From the human T2T-CHM13v2.0 reference genome, Homo sapiens, in assembly GCF_009914755.1 (NCBI RefSeq), contig NC_060925.1: a DNA stretch of 64,000 nt; one strand, written 5' to 3'. Numbering within the stretch: the stretch's first letter is position 1; each line of letters opens with the position of its first letter. Made by a program: the position numbers and the translations under genes. Below, piece by piece: positions 34,911 through 54,242 of the stretch. The notes beneath the pieces are model-generated. The model had not been told where the DNA came from. It made no database searches and was given only the letters and a program-made list of their open reading frames with translations.

Positions 34911-35347
34911 ACGTGTGGTCTCCTGACTCCTGGGTCCCCATACAGTCCCTTAGGTTACAGAGATCCAGCCTCCCTGCTCCCCTCCCTCCCCACGTTTTGA
35001 TCTGCTCTACCTATTCCCTGATGATCTGATGTATCAGAGATTAACAAGACATTCAGGGTTGATAGTGGTGTTTAATGTTTCCTCTAAACCATATTAGTTG
35101 TCCTTACCTGGGTTAAATTTCCCCCTCTTATCCAAGCCTTCTGTCGTATAGCTTGGCTCTTTCCATGCTTCTCATCACATCGGCTTAAATCGTAAGGGAT
35201 TTGAGCAGAACTTTTCTCTCTGTTCCTACTCCAACTGTATGTTTAAGATTAATTTATCATTTTGGGGCTAAGCCTATTGGCTAATACTCTGTTGTAATGA
35301 AAGTCATGCCACCTTGCATTTCTCCAGTGCTTTTCAGTTGACAAAGT

Positions 35348-35351
<4 letters not shown>

Positions 35352-35384
<33 letters not shown>
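35352..35384. repeat. (AC)n microsatellite
   Basis: About 16 perfect AC units. Confidence 0.97.
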
Positions 35385-35387
<3 letters not shown>

Positions 35388-35859
35388 TTGTTAGATGCTA
35401 TCAATAACTCCCTTAAGTAAGCAGGTACTTATTGGTTAAAAGAAATAAGAATAAGGTTAAGGAAAGAATTTCTTTACAAGTGATTTTCTCTTGAAATGTC
35501 TTCAAGAAATATTTTATGAAACACAATTTCAAACCTTTTGTTTCTCTTAAATTTTATCTTCAAAGCATAAGCTGAAGTAGAGATCTGAATTAATTTGGAA
35601 CCAGCTGCTGGGAAGCCTACAGCCATGAGAAATCCCAAAGTGGGGCGGGGGAGGTTCTCCTGCTCTAAGTGCTATGAATCAAACAAAGCTATGGGCAAAA
35701 GAGTGATGCTAAAATGCTGCAGCTTAAAGTATGGGATTTAAAAAAACTTAGAACCATTCAAGTTATATTAATACATTGTTCAGTTTCTTAAGTTTTGGTA
35801 GTTTCAGTTACTCCATGTTATGCTGAACTGAATGGCATTATTTCGAAAAGCTGCCTACT

Positions 35860-36990
35860 CATAAACAGGCCTAATCATAAAAATCATCTAGGGTTCTTTT
35901 TAAACTCAGATATTAGTGTATATGAAGATCTACTAGAGAGTTTGCTAAAATGCAGATTCTGGGGTCCCATCTCAGAGATTCTGATCCCATAGGTCTGAAG
36001 TGAGATCCAGGGATCTTTTGCTTTAAAATGCATCTTCATGTGATCTGGGGCAGATAATCTGAGGATCTCCACAGCCTTGCTATTTACATCTGCCAACATT
36101 GGCATCACCTTGGATATTTTATTTTATTTATTTTTTATTTATTTATATTTAAGTTTATTTATTTATTGAGACAGGGTTTCACTCTGTTATCCAGTGGTGT
36201 ACTGGAGTACAGTGGTGTGATCTCAGCTTACTGCAACCTCTGCCTCCTGGGCTCAGGTGATCCTCCCACCTCAGCCTCCCAAGTATCTGGGACAACAGAC
36301 ACACACACTACCATGCGTGGCTAATTGCATGTTTTTTGTTGTTGTTGTTTTTTGTTTTTTGTTTTTTGTTTTTTTGGTAGAGGCAGGGTTTTGCCCAAAC
36401 TGATCTCAAACTCCTGGCCTCAAGCGATCTTCCTGCCTTGGCCTCTCAAAGTGCTGGGATTACAGGCATGAGCCACTGCACCCAGCCCCACCTAGGATAT
36501 TTTAGAAATACAGAATCTCAGGCTCCACCCTGGATCTCCTGAATCAGAATCTGCATTTTAATAAGATTCCTAGGTGATCTGTATGCATATAAAGTTTGAG
36601 AAGTAGTGCCCTACAATATAGCAAATACCACCACATCGATTCAGAAATTGAAACCAAGTGAGAGCTCTAAGTGGATAACCTGGAACAATGGGGGCTTTCA
36701 ACATGTACTTAATGGTGGAGTGTGATGGCTCACACCTGTAATCCCAGCACTTTGAGAGGCCAAGAGTTTGAGAACAGCCTGAGCAACATAGCGAAATCCT
36801 GTCTCTACAAAAAATTAGCTCAGCATGGTGACATGCACCCGTAGTCCCAGATACTGGGGAGGCTGAAGCAGGAGAAGTGTTTGAGCCTAGGAGTTTGAGG
36901 TTGCGGTGAGCCATGATTGCACCACTGCAGTTCAGCCTGGGCAACAGAGGGAGAACCTGTCTCCAAAAACAATAAAATAAAATCAAACAT
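35860..36990. mobile_element. MER5-family fossils with AluJ(-) 36115-36489 and AluJ(+) ~36716-36985
   Basis: AAAATGCAGATTCTGGGGTCCC; GAATCAGAATCTGCATTTTAATAAGATTCC; Alu bodies. Confidence 0.8.
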
Positions 36991-37504
36991 GTACTTAATA
37001 AATATTCATTAGGTGCCTGTATTTTCACAAGAGAAGGGGAGAGGGACTACACAAGTCCCCTGGTGTAAACTAACACTGAAAAATCCTGAATAAAGCAGTG
37101 TTCCACATAAGAATTAAAGGAGTTAAGTAAGGCTATTTTATATATTAATCAGTAAGTATTTATTAGGTGCTTGCTATGTACCCACAACTTTGCTTTTTCC
37201 ATTCTATTTGGGGGACAGAAAGCTAATATAGAGGAAACTTTTAGAGGATAACCTCCTCTAAAATGAGCTAATCAGTAAAGTGTGGGTAGAATTTATGTAG
37301 GTTGACAGGAAGCCCTCCCAAGTAGGAGAAAAAGCAAGGAGAGTAAAATAGAAAATGAGTTTGATATGTCTGGGAAACAGAGAGGTGAGTGGCCCATTGT
37401 GGCAATGGTTTAAAATGACTGAGAGGTGGAAAACTAGAACATTATGTAGGATGAAACTAAATTGTAGATAATTTTGAAAGTCATAAGTAGAACCTGCTCT
37501 AGCG

Positions 37505-38010
37505 TGTGTTTGGCAGATGCTGTTATTTCCCCTAATGTCCATTCTTTCTTTCTTCCTTATAGGAGGATTTTTTTTTTAAGCTCAGCCTATGGACAACAAA
37601 AGCATGGACTGTATTTCTCAGCATCTTTTGCAGTAAGATCTGATCATATGATTATAATCTGGCCAATGAAATATAAACAGAAGTGTCAGCTGTGACTTCT
37701 CTAGGGTATCCTTAGAGGATGAGGGACACATCTTCCTTTTTCCTGTTAACTAAATAGGGATGAGGAAACTGGAGCCCAGGTAGCCATTTTGGACCTGAAG
37801 GTGGAAGTCAAGCTAGGGAGAGCAAACAACACGTGTGTGGATCCCTGATGATCAGGTCATCCTAATCCTGAACTGCTTTCCTCTGGTCTCTTTAACAGGA
37901 GAGACCAGAGGAAAACCATGAGAGAGAGGTAATTTTCTATCCCACTTAAGCCACTATTGTACTTTGGACTTTCTTGTCATGTACAGCCAAGCCTAATTAT
38001 AACTAATAAA
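37505..38010 (+). mobile_element. Old MaLR (MLT1-type) LTR
   Basis: TAAGCCACTATT...CAGCCAAGCCTAATTATAACTAATA end motif. Confidence 0.6.
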
Positions 38011-38449
38011 ACATGCAATTGAAAGACAAAAATGCAAGGGTTTATGCATCAGGTACCATTCTGGTTGCATCTCTTACAAACTCTATGTGGTAATGGATTA
38101 GTTACCTAATCTCTTTAAGCCTTTGTCTCCTCGCATGTAAAATAGGAAGAATGTCCCTCAAGGGTGATTGTGAGGTGCAAATTATATTAAATTTATAAAG
38201 TATTTAGCACAGTGCTGGTGCATAGTATACTCTTAATAAATGTACCTTTTCTAATTATATACAAGGGCAGATCAGCAGACCAGTATGGGACACAGTGATA
38301 TCTGTGGAAATATACAGGGCATCCACATCTATAAGATTACCATGACACTAATGGGTATTATGATTTGGAAGGTGAATAGATTAGAGGCAGGGAAATGCTT
38401 CAGAAATCTCAAGTCTGACCTGTGACATTAGCAGTGGAACTGAAGTGGA

Positions 38450-39300
38450 TATTTATTGAACCCCTTTTTATATGTGCCAGGCACATTCTAGGAGTCAAAT
38501 CCACAGTGATAAACAAAACACACATGGTTCTTACACTCAAAGAGTTTACAGGCTGGTATGGGAGTCAGACATAAAACTACTAATGGAAAATTATAGAATG
38601 ACAAACTGAGGCACGTGACCTGAGGGAAAGGAACAGAATATTCTGAGAGCTTGTACTAGAGGAACCTAATGTAGTGAATTGCAATTAAGCTGGGATGTGA
38701 AGGATGAACCTGAGTTAACTAAGAGAGGCAGAAAGTACATCCTCTGAAGGGAAATGAAGGGCAAAGGCCATGTGGTGAAAAAGATCACAATGAATTCTCA
38801 AAATTAAGATAAAACCAGTGCACCCACAGTGGTGAGTCCAAGGGGATCCTAGTCTGAGATGAGCTGGAGAGGTAGGCAAGAGATACACTCTATGGGGCCT
38901 CACAGACCATCATAAAGGGTTTTATTCCAAGGATGACTGGAAGGTGCTGGCAGGTTTTGAGCAGAATCCTGGGGTGCCCAACCATCCCAGTTTGCCTAGG
39001 ACTGAGGGATGTGAGACTTTCAGTGCTAAAATTGGAACAGCCCCAGGCAAACCAAGGGATTGGTCACCCTCACAGTTATATGATCTGATTTTTTCCTAAA
39101 TATTACATTTTGGCTGTCTTACAGAAAACTAGCTGTAGGAAGGAAGGAGTGCAATTGATAAGACAGTTAGGAGATTATTGCAGTATCCAGACAAGAGAGG
39201 ATGGTAGCTTGGGCTAGGGTGATGACGGTGGAGTTGAGGGAAAAAGGATGGGCTTGAGAGAAATTTAGGGGTAAAATTGGCAGGTCATGGTGAGAGATGG
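38450..39300 (-). mobile_element. L2 fragment
   Basis: ATATTTATTGAA...TGTGCCAGGCAC; GAGGATGGTAGCTTGGGCTAGGGTG. Confidence 0.75.
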
Positions 39301-39447
39301 AAATGCTGCTTCTAAGACTGCATGGATTAACTCAAGTACAAGAGTGAGATCTGGATTCAAATTCTACATAGGACTACTCTAATTTATTTACTCTTGAGCA
39401 CTAAAACACTGGGGTCTATATAAGAGGATTTTTCTTTATCCAAAGTA

Positions 39448-41929
39448 CAAGCATACCTCTGAGATAATGCAATTTTGGTTCCAAACCACTGCAATAAAGC
39501 GAGTGATAAAATATTTTTTGTTCCCAGTGCATATAAAAGCTATGTTTACATTACGCTGTAGTCTATTAAGTGTAAAGTAGCATTATGTCTAAAAAATTTT
39601 AAAATACTTTATTGTTGAAAAATGCTAACAGTTATGAGTCTTCAGCAAGCTGTAATTTTTTGCTGGTGAAGGGTCTTGCCTCCATGTTGATGGCTACTGG
39701 TTGATCACAGTGATGGTTGCTGGAGGTTGAGGTGCTGTGGCAATTTCTTAAAATAAGACAGCTATGAATTTTGCAGTATTGATTGACTCTTCCTTTCATG
39801 AAAGCTTTCTCTGTAGCATGCTATGCTGTTAGATAGCATTTTATTCGCAGTGGAATTTCTTTAAAAATTGGAGTCAGTCCTCTCAAACCCTGACGCTGCT
39901 TTATCAACTAAGTTATGTAATATTCTAAATCCTTTGTTGTCATCTTGACAATGTTCACAGCATCTTCACCAGGAGAAGTAGATTTCATCTCAAACAATTA
40001 CTTTCTTTGCTCATCCATAAGAAGCAATTCCTCATCCAATCAAGTTTGATCATGAGATTGTGACAATTAAGTCACATCTTCAGGCTCCACTTTTCATTCT
40101 AGTTCTCTTGCTATTTCTACCATATCTGCAATGACTTCCTCCATTGAAGATTTAAATCCCTCAAAGTCATCCATGAGGGTTGGAATCAACTTCTTCCAAA
40201 CTCTTGCTAATGTGGATATTTTGACCTCCTCCCATGAATCACATTCTTAATGGCATGTAGAATGGTGAATCCGTCCCAGAAGATTTTCAATTTACTTTTC
40301 CCTAATCCATCAGAGGAATCACTATCCATAGTAGATATAGCCTTATGAAATATATTTATCTTCAGTAATAGAAACTGAAAGTCAAAATTACTCCTTGATC
40401 CATGGGCTGCAGAATGGATACTTTGTTAGCAGGCAAGAAAACAACATTAATCTTCTTAAGGAAAGAAGCCATTTCCATAACATAAAGTGCAAAGTGAAGC
40501 AGCAAGTGCTGATGTAGAAACTCCATCTGATGGAACAAGAGCTCCATCAGAGCTCTTGGATGATCAGGTGCATTGTCAATGAACAGTAATATTTTGAAAT
40601 GATTTTTTTTTCTGAGCAGTTAAGTCTCAACAGTGGGCTTAAAATATTTAGTAAGCTATGCTATAAATACATGCACTGTCATCCACGCTTTGTTGTCCCA
40701 TTGATAGAGCACAGAAAGAGTCAATTTAGTGTAATTCTTAAGGGCTAGAATTTTCAGAATGGTAAATGAGCATTGGCTTCTGCCCAGTCATCAGTTACAT
40801 TAGTCCCTAACAAGAGCCTTAGTCATCCTTTGAAGCTTTGAAGTCAGGCATTGACTTCTCTCTAGCTGTGAAAGTTCTAGATGGCATCTCCTCCCAATAT
40901 AAATCTATTCTGTCGACATTGAAAATCTAGGGTGTAGTGTAGCCCCCTTCATCAATCATCTTAGCTAGATCTTCTGGATAACTTGCTACAGTTTCTACAT
41001 CAGCACTTGCTGCTTCACTTTGCACTTTATGTTATGGAAATGGCTTCTTTCCTTAAACCTCATGAACCAACCTCTGCTAGCTTTCAACTTTTCTTTTGCA
41101 GCTTCCTCACCTGTCTCAGCCTTCATCAAATTAAAGAGTTAGGGCCTTGCTCTGGATTAGACTTTAGCTTAAGTAAATGTTGTGGCTGATTTGATCTATC
41201 TAGACCACAAACTTTCTCCCTATCTGCAGTAAGCCTGTTTTGCTTTCTTATTCATGTGTTTACTACAGTAGCACTTTTAATTTCCTTCAATAACTTTTTC
41301 TTTGCAGTCACAACCTGGGTAACTGGTGAAAAAGGCCTAGTTTTTGGCCTGTCTTGGCTTTCAACCTGCCTTCCTCACTAAGCTTCATTATGTCCAGCTT
41401 TTGATTTAAAGTGAAAAATGCAACTCTTCCTTTCACTTTCACTTAGAGGCCATTGTAGGTTAATTGGCCTAATTTCAATTTTGTTGTGCCTCAAGGAATA
41501 GGGAGGCTCAAGGAGAGGAAGAAAGATGGGAATGGCCAGTTGGTGGAAAGAACAGAACACACACATTTATCGATTAAGTTCACCCACCTTCTATGAGCAA
41601 GGTTCTTGGAACTCCAAAACAATTACAATAGTAACATCGAAGATCACTGATCACAGATCACCATTACAGATATAATAATAATGAAAAGGTTGAAAATATT
41701 GTGAGGATTCCCAAAATGTGACACAGAGACAAGAAGTGAGCACATGCTGTTGGAAAAAATGGCACTGTTAGACTTGCTTAACACAGCGTTGCCACAAACC
41801 TTCAATTTGTAAAGACTTGCTCAACACAGCGTGGCCACAAATCTTCAATTTGTAAAAAGCACAATATCTGCAAAGCACAATATCTGCAAAGCACAATAAA
41901 GTGAAGTGCAATAAAACGAGGTATGCTCA
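39448..41929 (-). mobile_element. Full-length Tigger1 DNA transposon (dead transposase)
   Basis: TIRs TA|CAAGCATACCTC and CGAGGTATGC; about 2.48 kb; DDE_1-like peptide [23 protein letters not shown] in ORF 40362-40547. Confidence 0.92.
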
Positions 41930-42393
41930 AATAAACTATCTGGTCTGAGCCTTGGTTTCCGAAATCAAAGGCTATAAAGAAAAGTTATGTCTCTTTAACT
42001 TGCTGCCTTTAGGCATTTCAACCACCTCAGATCACTGTGTTCCCCAAGGAAATTGATCTTCTTTGTAGCCTAACAACCATACCTAACCCCACACAGATTC
42101 GCTATAAATGAAGCCAAGAAAATCTTTCACCTAGATATGCTCTAAAATGTTTTTTCCTCCTGCTAGTAAGTGTTCCAGTCGTTTCCATGAGCTACTTATC
42201 TAGGTTTATTGGTATGAGAACTGTGCTTCTGGCTGTACTTGCAAATATTCATTGGTTCTATCAGATTTCTAAACTCATGCACTAAACATAGTGAAGGAAA
42301 TTATTGTTTACTTATGGTTGTCATTGTGGTTTTGTAATAACCTTAACATTCTTTGAATATTTTTCACCTTTTTAATAGGTATAACAGTGTATA

Positions 42394-44618
<2,225 letters not shown>

Positions 44619-45474
44619 AATACTTTTTTAATTGCAGCACTCTTTTGCACCATAAAACTAATTGGTGGCTTTACCATTAAGAAGTTGAGCCAAGCAAACA
44701 ATAATGAAAATGCTTTATGTGGAATAAAAATTTACACTTAAATGCCTTTTTTGCTTCCTTTTTCTCCATTTATATTTAATCTATTTAATCTATATTTAAT
44801 TTAATATATTTAATCTGTAATAAGCCCACAGGAGCACTTCTTTGTACTTTTTACATCAATGAAGTACATATATGTTTTCTTTGCAACATAATAATTAGCA
44901 CATCTTAATTTTATTATGTATTACTATAAAAGAGCCCAATTTCATCCTGCAGCATTTAGTCACTTTAGCTTGAATTAACTTTATTGTAAAATACATGAAA
45001 AATAATGTGAATGAAATAATTCTGAAAATCTTATGATTGTGACCAGTATACATTTAGATTACTTGGGAGTCAAATGCATATATGGCAACGGCAGATATGT
45101 TTCTCTCTACTTTTAAAAGGTAGTGATAAATCCTGCCTCCAGCTCTGGCATAATTGATTAAGTCAAAAAGCTAAAAGGCTGCCCCATCATCTAGGGGCTC
45201 CAAAGAAACAGATTTAGGAATTATATGGCATCCACTCTCAGGGTCACCTTGGACCTGGTCACCACCCAGAACTGCTTTGATTATGACATCTTAAGCTCCA
45301 TTATTTAGGCCTCTGACCACAACCTCCTGGTCTTCTATTTCTCACTCCCTCACTGCTGCTACCTTGAAACACCCCACTCTTCTTTCTCCCACTCCCTATC
45401 TCTCCTCTGGGCTTTTATTACCTCACTTGTCACTTTAATAACTCATTATTTCCTTCAACTTACCTGTTCCCTAG

Positions 45475-46321
<847 letters not shown>

Positions 46322-46512
46322 TGTCTCATTTCAAATACAATGTCTTCTTTACTTTAAACTTCAATCTAAATTTTCTCCCCTCAGTCTCAACAAAAGGACT
46401 TGTCTTCTGACCCCAACTGGAAAGCTATTTTCAGCCATCTTTATGAGCTTTTGATCAACTAGATAAGTTGTAATTCATGCATCTTAAGACACATTAAGCA
46501 AAAGAGTTACTA

Positions 46513-47129
<617 letters not shown>

Positions 47130-47144
47130 TCCCCATTTTGCATT

Positions 47145-49200
<2,056 letters not shown>

Positions 49201-50530
49201 ACCTGAAGGTTCTTATGGAGGATTACAACAACTGTGCTGTCGTGGGGCTAAGCTGGGGGTGCTTCATCAATCTTTTCAAAATAGTGGTGTGTTTTTTGCC
49301 GAAAGCTTTTCATTTTTCTCATTAGAAAAGATGAATCTCTCAACAAAAATTATTACTAACTCTTTATATATTACATTTCAGCTGGCCACTGCTGAAAAAA
49401 CACGTTTTTACTTTTTACTGCAAGGGTTGCACTTATCAATCTGCACAAACACATGAAAGCACATGAGGTCATGATTCCAACAAACTTTCAGTATTGATCT
49501 CTTTTATTCAGGAGGCATTGTGGTTTATGGAAGAGCTTGGCTTGTGGAATTGGGAGGCTGGTTTTCAATCCAAATCTATCCATATTATCAGTGAGACTAA
49601 TGCTCACCCAACTCAATTCACAGGCTTATTGTTGAAAGTCCAGTGAGCTACCTCAGGCTTTTCTCTGTGGAATGACTGTTGCAGAGAACTGCACCTCAGA
49701 AGAATGGAGGTACCAAAAGAGGCTGAGCTGTACCCTGGGCAATGCTTACTTTTTATTTTAGTCAAGTCACTTCCTGGGTTTCATCGGGGACAATTCCTTT
49801 CCTAGTTTAAAACTGTGATGACATTCTACCTCATTGAAGAAATCCTCCAGTGCCAAGGGTGGATCTCTAAAGAAGGTATACCCATATCTCACCCAGCTTG
49901 GTACCTGCAGGCTGAAGAGTATCTAAGGTTCTGCAATGGGAAAATCATAGTAGTGCTCAGGAAGAAACAACAGGCTGTATAGCCTTATCTTAGTCACAGA
50001 GCCAAGGCTTTGTCACCAGGATGGAAGATTAGCAGGGGGAATTTTATGCCTATCATAATGTTCATTGTATTAGCTGCACCACTCCTTCCTTCCTTAATAT
50101 GCAATTAAAGGCTGACTTTAAAAGAGATAAATAACATGTCAATTTTATGATAGCCAAAGCCAATAACCTTACCATGTGGTTTCCTAGCAAGGCTCAAAAG
50201 CAGAGTGGCAAAAGTATGGCCCTAGAGTCAGATTGTCCTTGGGTTCCAATCCTGGCTTTATCCCTTAATAGCTATATGACCTTGGCAATGTATGTAATCC
50301 CATTTCCTTAACTGTAAGGAGTATAATTATAGCAATTCATAGGAATTATTGCAAGAATTGAATAAAATATATATCGTTCTTACCACATGATAAACACATG
50401 ATACATTTTAGCTAGTAGTAGTATTCTTCAAGGCATTTAGTTGATTAAGCTAAGAAAATGCATTGGCTTGAAGGAGGGCAGGTGGACAATTAGAAATTTT
50501 TTTTTTTTCTTTTTAAGATAAAAAATTTAA

Positions 50531-51071
<541 letters not shown>

Positions 51072-51284
51072 ATAACTGATTTTTAATTGAAGTACACTCC
51101 CAATGTTTTTCAAACTTTAGTATACATTAAAATCACCAAGAATGTTTTTGTAAATGAAAATTTCCAGGCTCTAACCTCTCCTGTCCACACTCCCTGAATT
51201 TCTGATTCAGTAGTCAGTGGCAGGTCCCATGAATCTGCATCTGTAGCAAATACTCCAGTATTCTGATTCAGGTGATTCATGGAT

Positions 51285-51930
51285 ACTTTTTAAAATTAAC
51301 TTTTAATTTTGATATAATCTCAAATTTACAGAAAAGTTGGAAAAACAACCCCAAATTTTTCACATATGCTTTACTAAGATTCATCAATTTTAAATATTTT
51401 GCTATATTTGCTTTATCAATGTTTGTCTCTGTCTATAAAAATGTTTTCCTAAATTATTTGAGAGTAGGTTGCATATCATCTCTATAGCCTTTAAAACTTC
51501 AGTGTATATTTCCTAAGAATAAGGATATTCTCTTTACATAACCACTGTTCAGTTATTAAATTCAGTGAATTTAACATTAATAAAATACCTATATCTAATA
51601 TATAACACATATTCCAATTTTATTGATTGTCTCAATAATGCCTTTTATAGCTACTTTTTTTTCCCGTACAGGATTCAATCCAGGATCACATCTTATATTT
51701 ACAATAACATGCCTTTTTTCTCCTTCAGTCTGGAACCGTGTCTCAGTCTATCTTTGTTCTTTATGACATTGACATATTTTAAAGAATAAAAGCCAATTCT
51801 TTTATGCACCATCTCTTATTGTGTGTTTGGCTGATGTTGTCTGTTGATTAGATTCAGGTTATGCATTTCTGACTGGAATCATACATAAATGATGTCCTTT
51901 TCAGAGTGTTGTCTCTGGAGACACATGATA
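51285..51930 (-). mobile_element. Old L1M 3' end fragment
   Basis: TCTCAAATTTACAGAAAAGTTG; TTCCTAAGAATAAGGATATTCTC; AATCCAGGATCACA. Confidence 0.75.
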
Positions 51931-52716
51931 TCCACATGATATCTTCTTGGAGAGACAAACCACACTTAAGAAATATTTGACTACTTCGAGAGATATTTGA
52001 CTTGCCACTTTCTGCTCCAAGAGGCCTCAGAATCTAAAGTAGTCAAAAAAACAAGACTTCTCTCCTGAATGTTCTGATTGATTGTAATTTGTTAAGGGGC
52101 TTATTTAACCATTGCCTAATTACTTTAGAATATGATCACATATTAACCACAGCTGCTATTACATTCAAAACCACAACACACCTTCATATTTATTAATAAC
52201 TTACGCAGTTTCCCACCTTTCCCCCCAACCATTTCATTCTTAGTAACTCTGGATCATAACATTTATTTCATGGTTAATACAGGTAATCTATGTGATGTTT
52301 CATATGACATGACTAAATCAGTTAATGCATATGTCAGTTATGTCATATGACATAACTAAATCAGTTAATGATGGTATTTTGAAGCTAGTAGAAACCACTT
52401 AATTCCTTACATCACACATTTTACAATGTGTAAGCTTCCTCTTCAATGGTGTGTTTGGAAATATTCACTTATTTTTTGTTTAATCCTAAAATATACTTAT
52501 CCATGAACTGCAATTTATATTTTATCATATCACTTAAATTTCCCTGTAAAATTTTTAGCCAGCTGCCTCAGTGTACCTACTGCATTGCAGACTATATATT
52601 TCTCTTGGAATTCAGTCATTCATTTACCTGAAAAAGTTCAAAGACTGAAGAAGAATATGATTTAAGTCTTAAAGAAGCTAGCATTTATTGAGTACTAGCT
52701 TTATGCCAGCCACTGT

Positions 52717-53563
52717 TGAAATGGGAATTCCCTTGTCCCCCTTGCAGGGCGTGCGATGGGAGTGTGGCTTGCTTCTTCAGTGCACCACTGCACAAACTTC
52801 TAGGGGAGCATACAGACGGGCAGGCTGTGGGGCTCCAACCTCAAGGCAGTGTCCAGCAGTGAATGTTTACAGCTGAAGCCCCAGTGGGTGTGTGTTACAG
52901 GGTGCTCTTTTAGTTTTGCCACCTATAGGCGGCTTGTGTTAACCGGCTCAATTAGACCCTCTAACTTGTCTCAAGGACAGAGGGCTTTCTGTATCCTGGG
53001 TTCTTGCCTTGGTGTACTGGATGAATTGGATCACACGTGGGCTTGGAGAATGAGTGCAAGGTTTTATTGAATGGAAGTAGCTCTCAGCTGATGGGGGAGC
53101 CAGAAGGGAGATGGTTTTCCCCTGGAGTCTGGCCGCTGGGCAGCCCCAGATCTCCTCCAACTGCCCCAGGCAAACCTCCTTCTCATCCCGCCTGTCGATG
53201 GCCTATCGGCATGCCAGCATCTATTGATGTGCTCTTCTGCCAGCATGCTCCCCTTGACATCTTTTCACCATCCAGCCACTTGTGTCTTCTTCCACTGACG
53301 TGCTCCTCTTGATATCCTGCCGCCTGTGTCTGCCTGCTAGGGTCTCGGGAGTTTTTATAGGCACAGGATGGGGTTGTGGCAGGCCAGGGTGGTCTTGGGA
53401 AATGCAACATTTGGGCAGGAAATGCCTGTCCTCACCTAGGTCCATGGGGGTGGAGCCCTAGCCAGGGACGAAGCCCTCCTCTACCTAGCACTTCCCTTCC
53501 CCCACACCCATTCCATATCCTTTAAAGGGTCCATGCTCTTCCCTTCCCAGCACTTCCATACCA
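52717..53563 (-). mobile_element. ERV1 solo LTR (MER52/LTR27/LTR28-like)
   Basis: TG...CA ends with near-TSD CTGT/CTAT; minus-strand TATAAAAA (~53353-53359) and AATAAA (~53063-53068). Confidence 0.75.
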
Positions 53564-53909
53564 CTATTACATATTACCTCACACCAACCAGAGAGGAATG
53601 TTTTTGCTACCACCATTTTGCAGACAAAAGAACAGAACTAAATAATTTGCTTAACACCAAACAGCTAACAAATGATACAACTAGGATTTAACCCTAGGTC
53701 TGATGAACTCTGAATAAACTCTTTCTGGCTACCTCCCATAAAATCGCAATGGTAAGGATAGAGTGAAAAGATTAAATTCACAAATTTCAGAATTCCATAA
53801 TTAGGGCATGCAATCTAAAGTCAGATGAAATGGAAATGCAACTTAAAGTCAGATGAAAATATTACCTTACTAAATGGTCAGGAAATGGTAAGGAATTTTT
53901 TTTTTTTTT

Positions 53910-54184
53910 CAGTTGCAAGATTTAATAGAGTGAAAACAGAGCTCCCATACAAAGGGAGGGGACCCAAAGAGGGTAGCCGTTGCCGGCTCGAATGCCTGGG
54001 TTTATATCCCAATCATTGTCCCTCCCGCCATGCTCTCAGGCAACAGATGATTGGCTATTTCTTTACCTACTGTTTTTGCCTAATTCGCATTTTAGTGAGC
54101 TCCCTTTACTATCTGATTGGTTGGGTGTGAGCTAGGCTAGGGATTCTTAGTCGGCCTAGGAAATCCAGCTAGTCCTGTCTCTCA
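53910..54184 (-). mobile_element. HERV-W 3' LTR, U3-R only
   Basis: Starts TGAGAGACAGGACTAGCTGGATTTCCTAGG after the polypurine tract; CCAAT, ATATAAA and ATTAAA signals, then poly(A). Confidence 0.92.
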
Positions 54185-54242
54185 GTTCCCCCTCTCAACA
54201 GGAAAACCCAAGTGCTGTTGGGGAGGTTGGCCAACGACTGCT

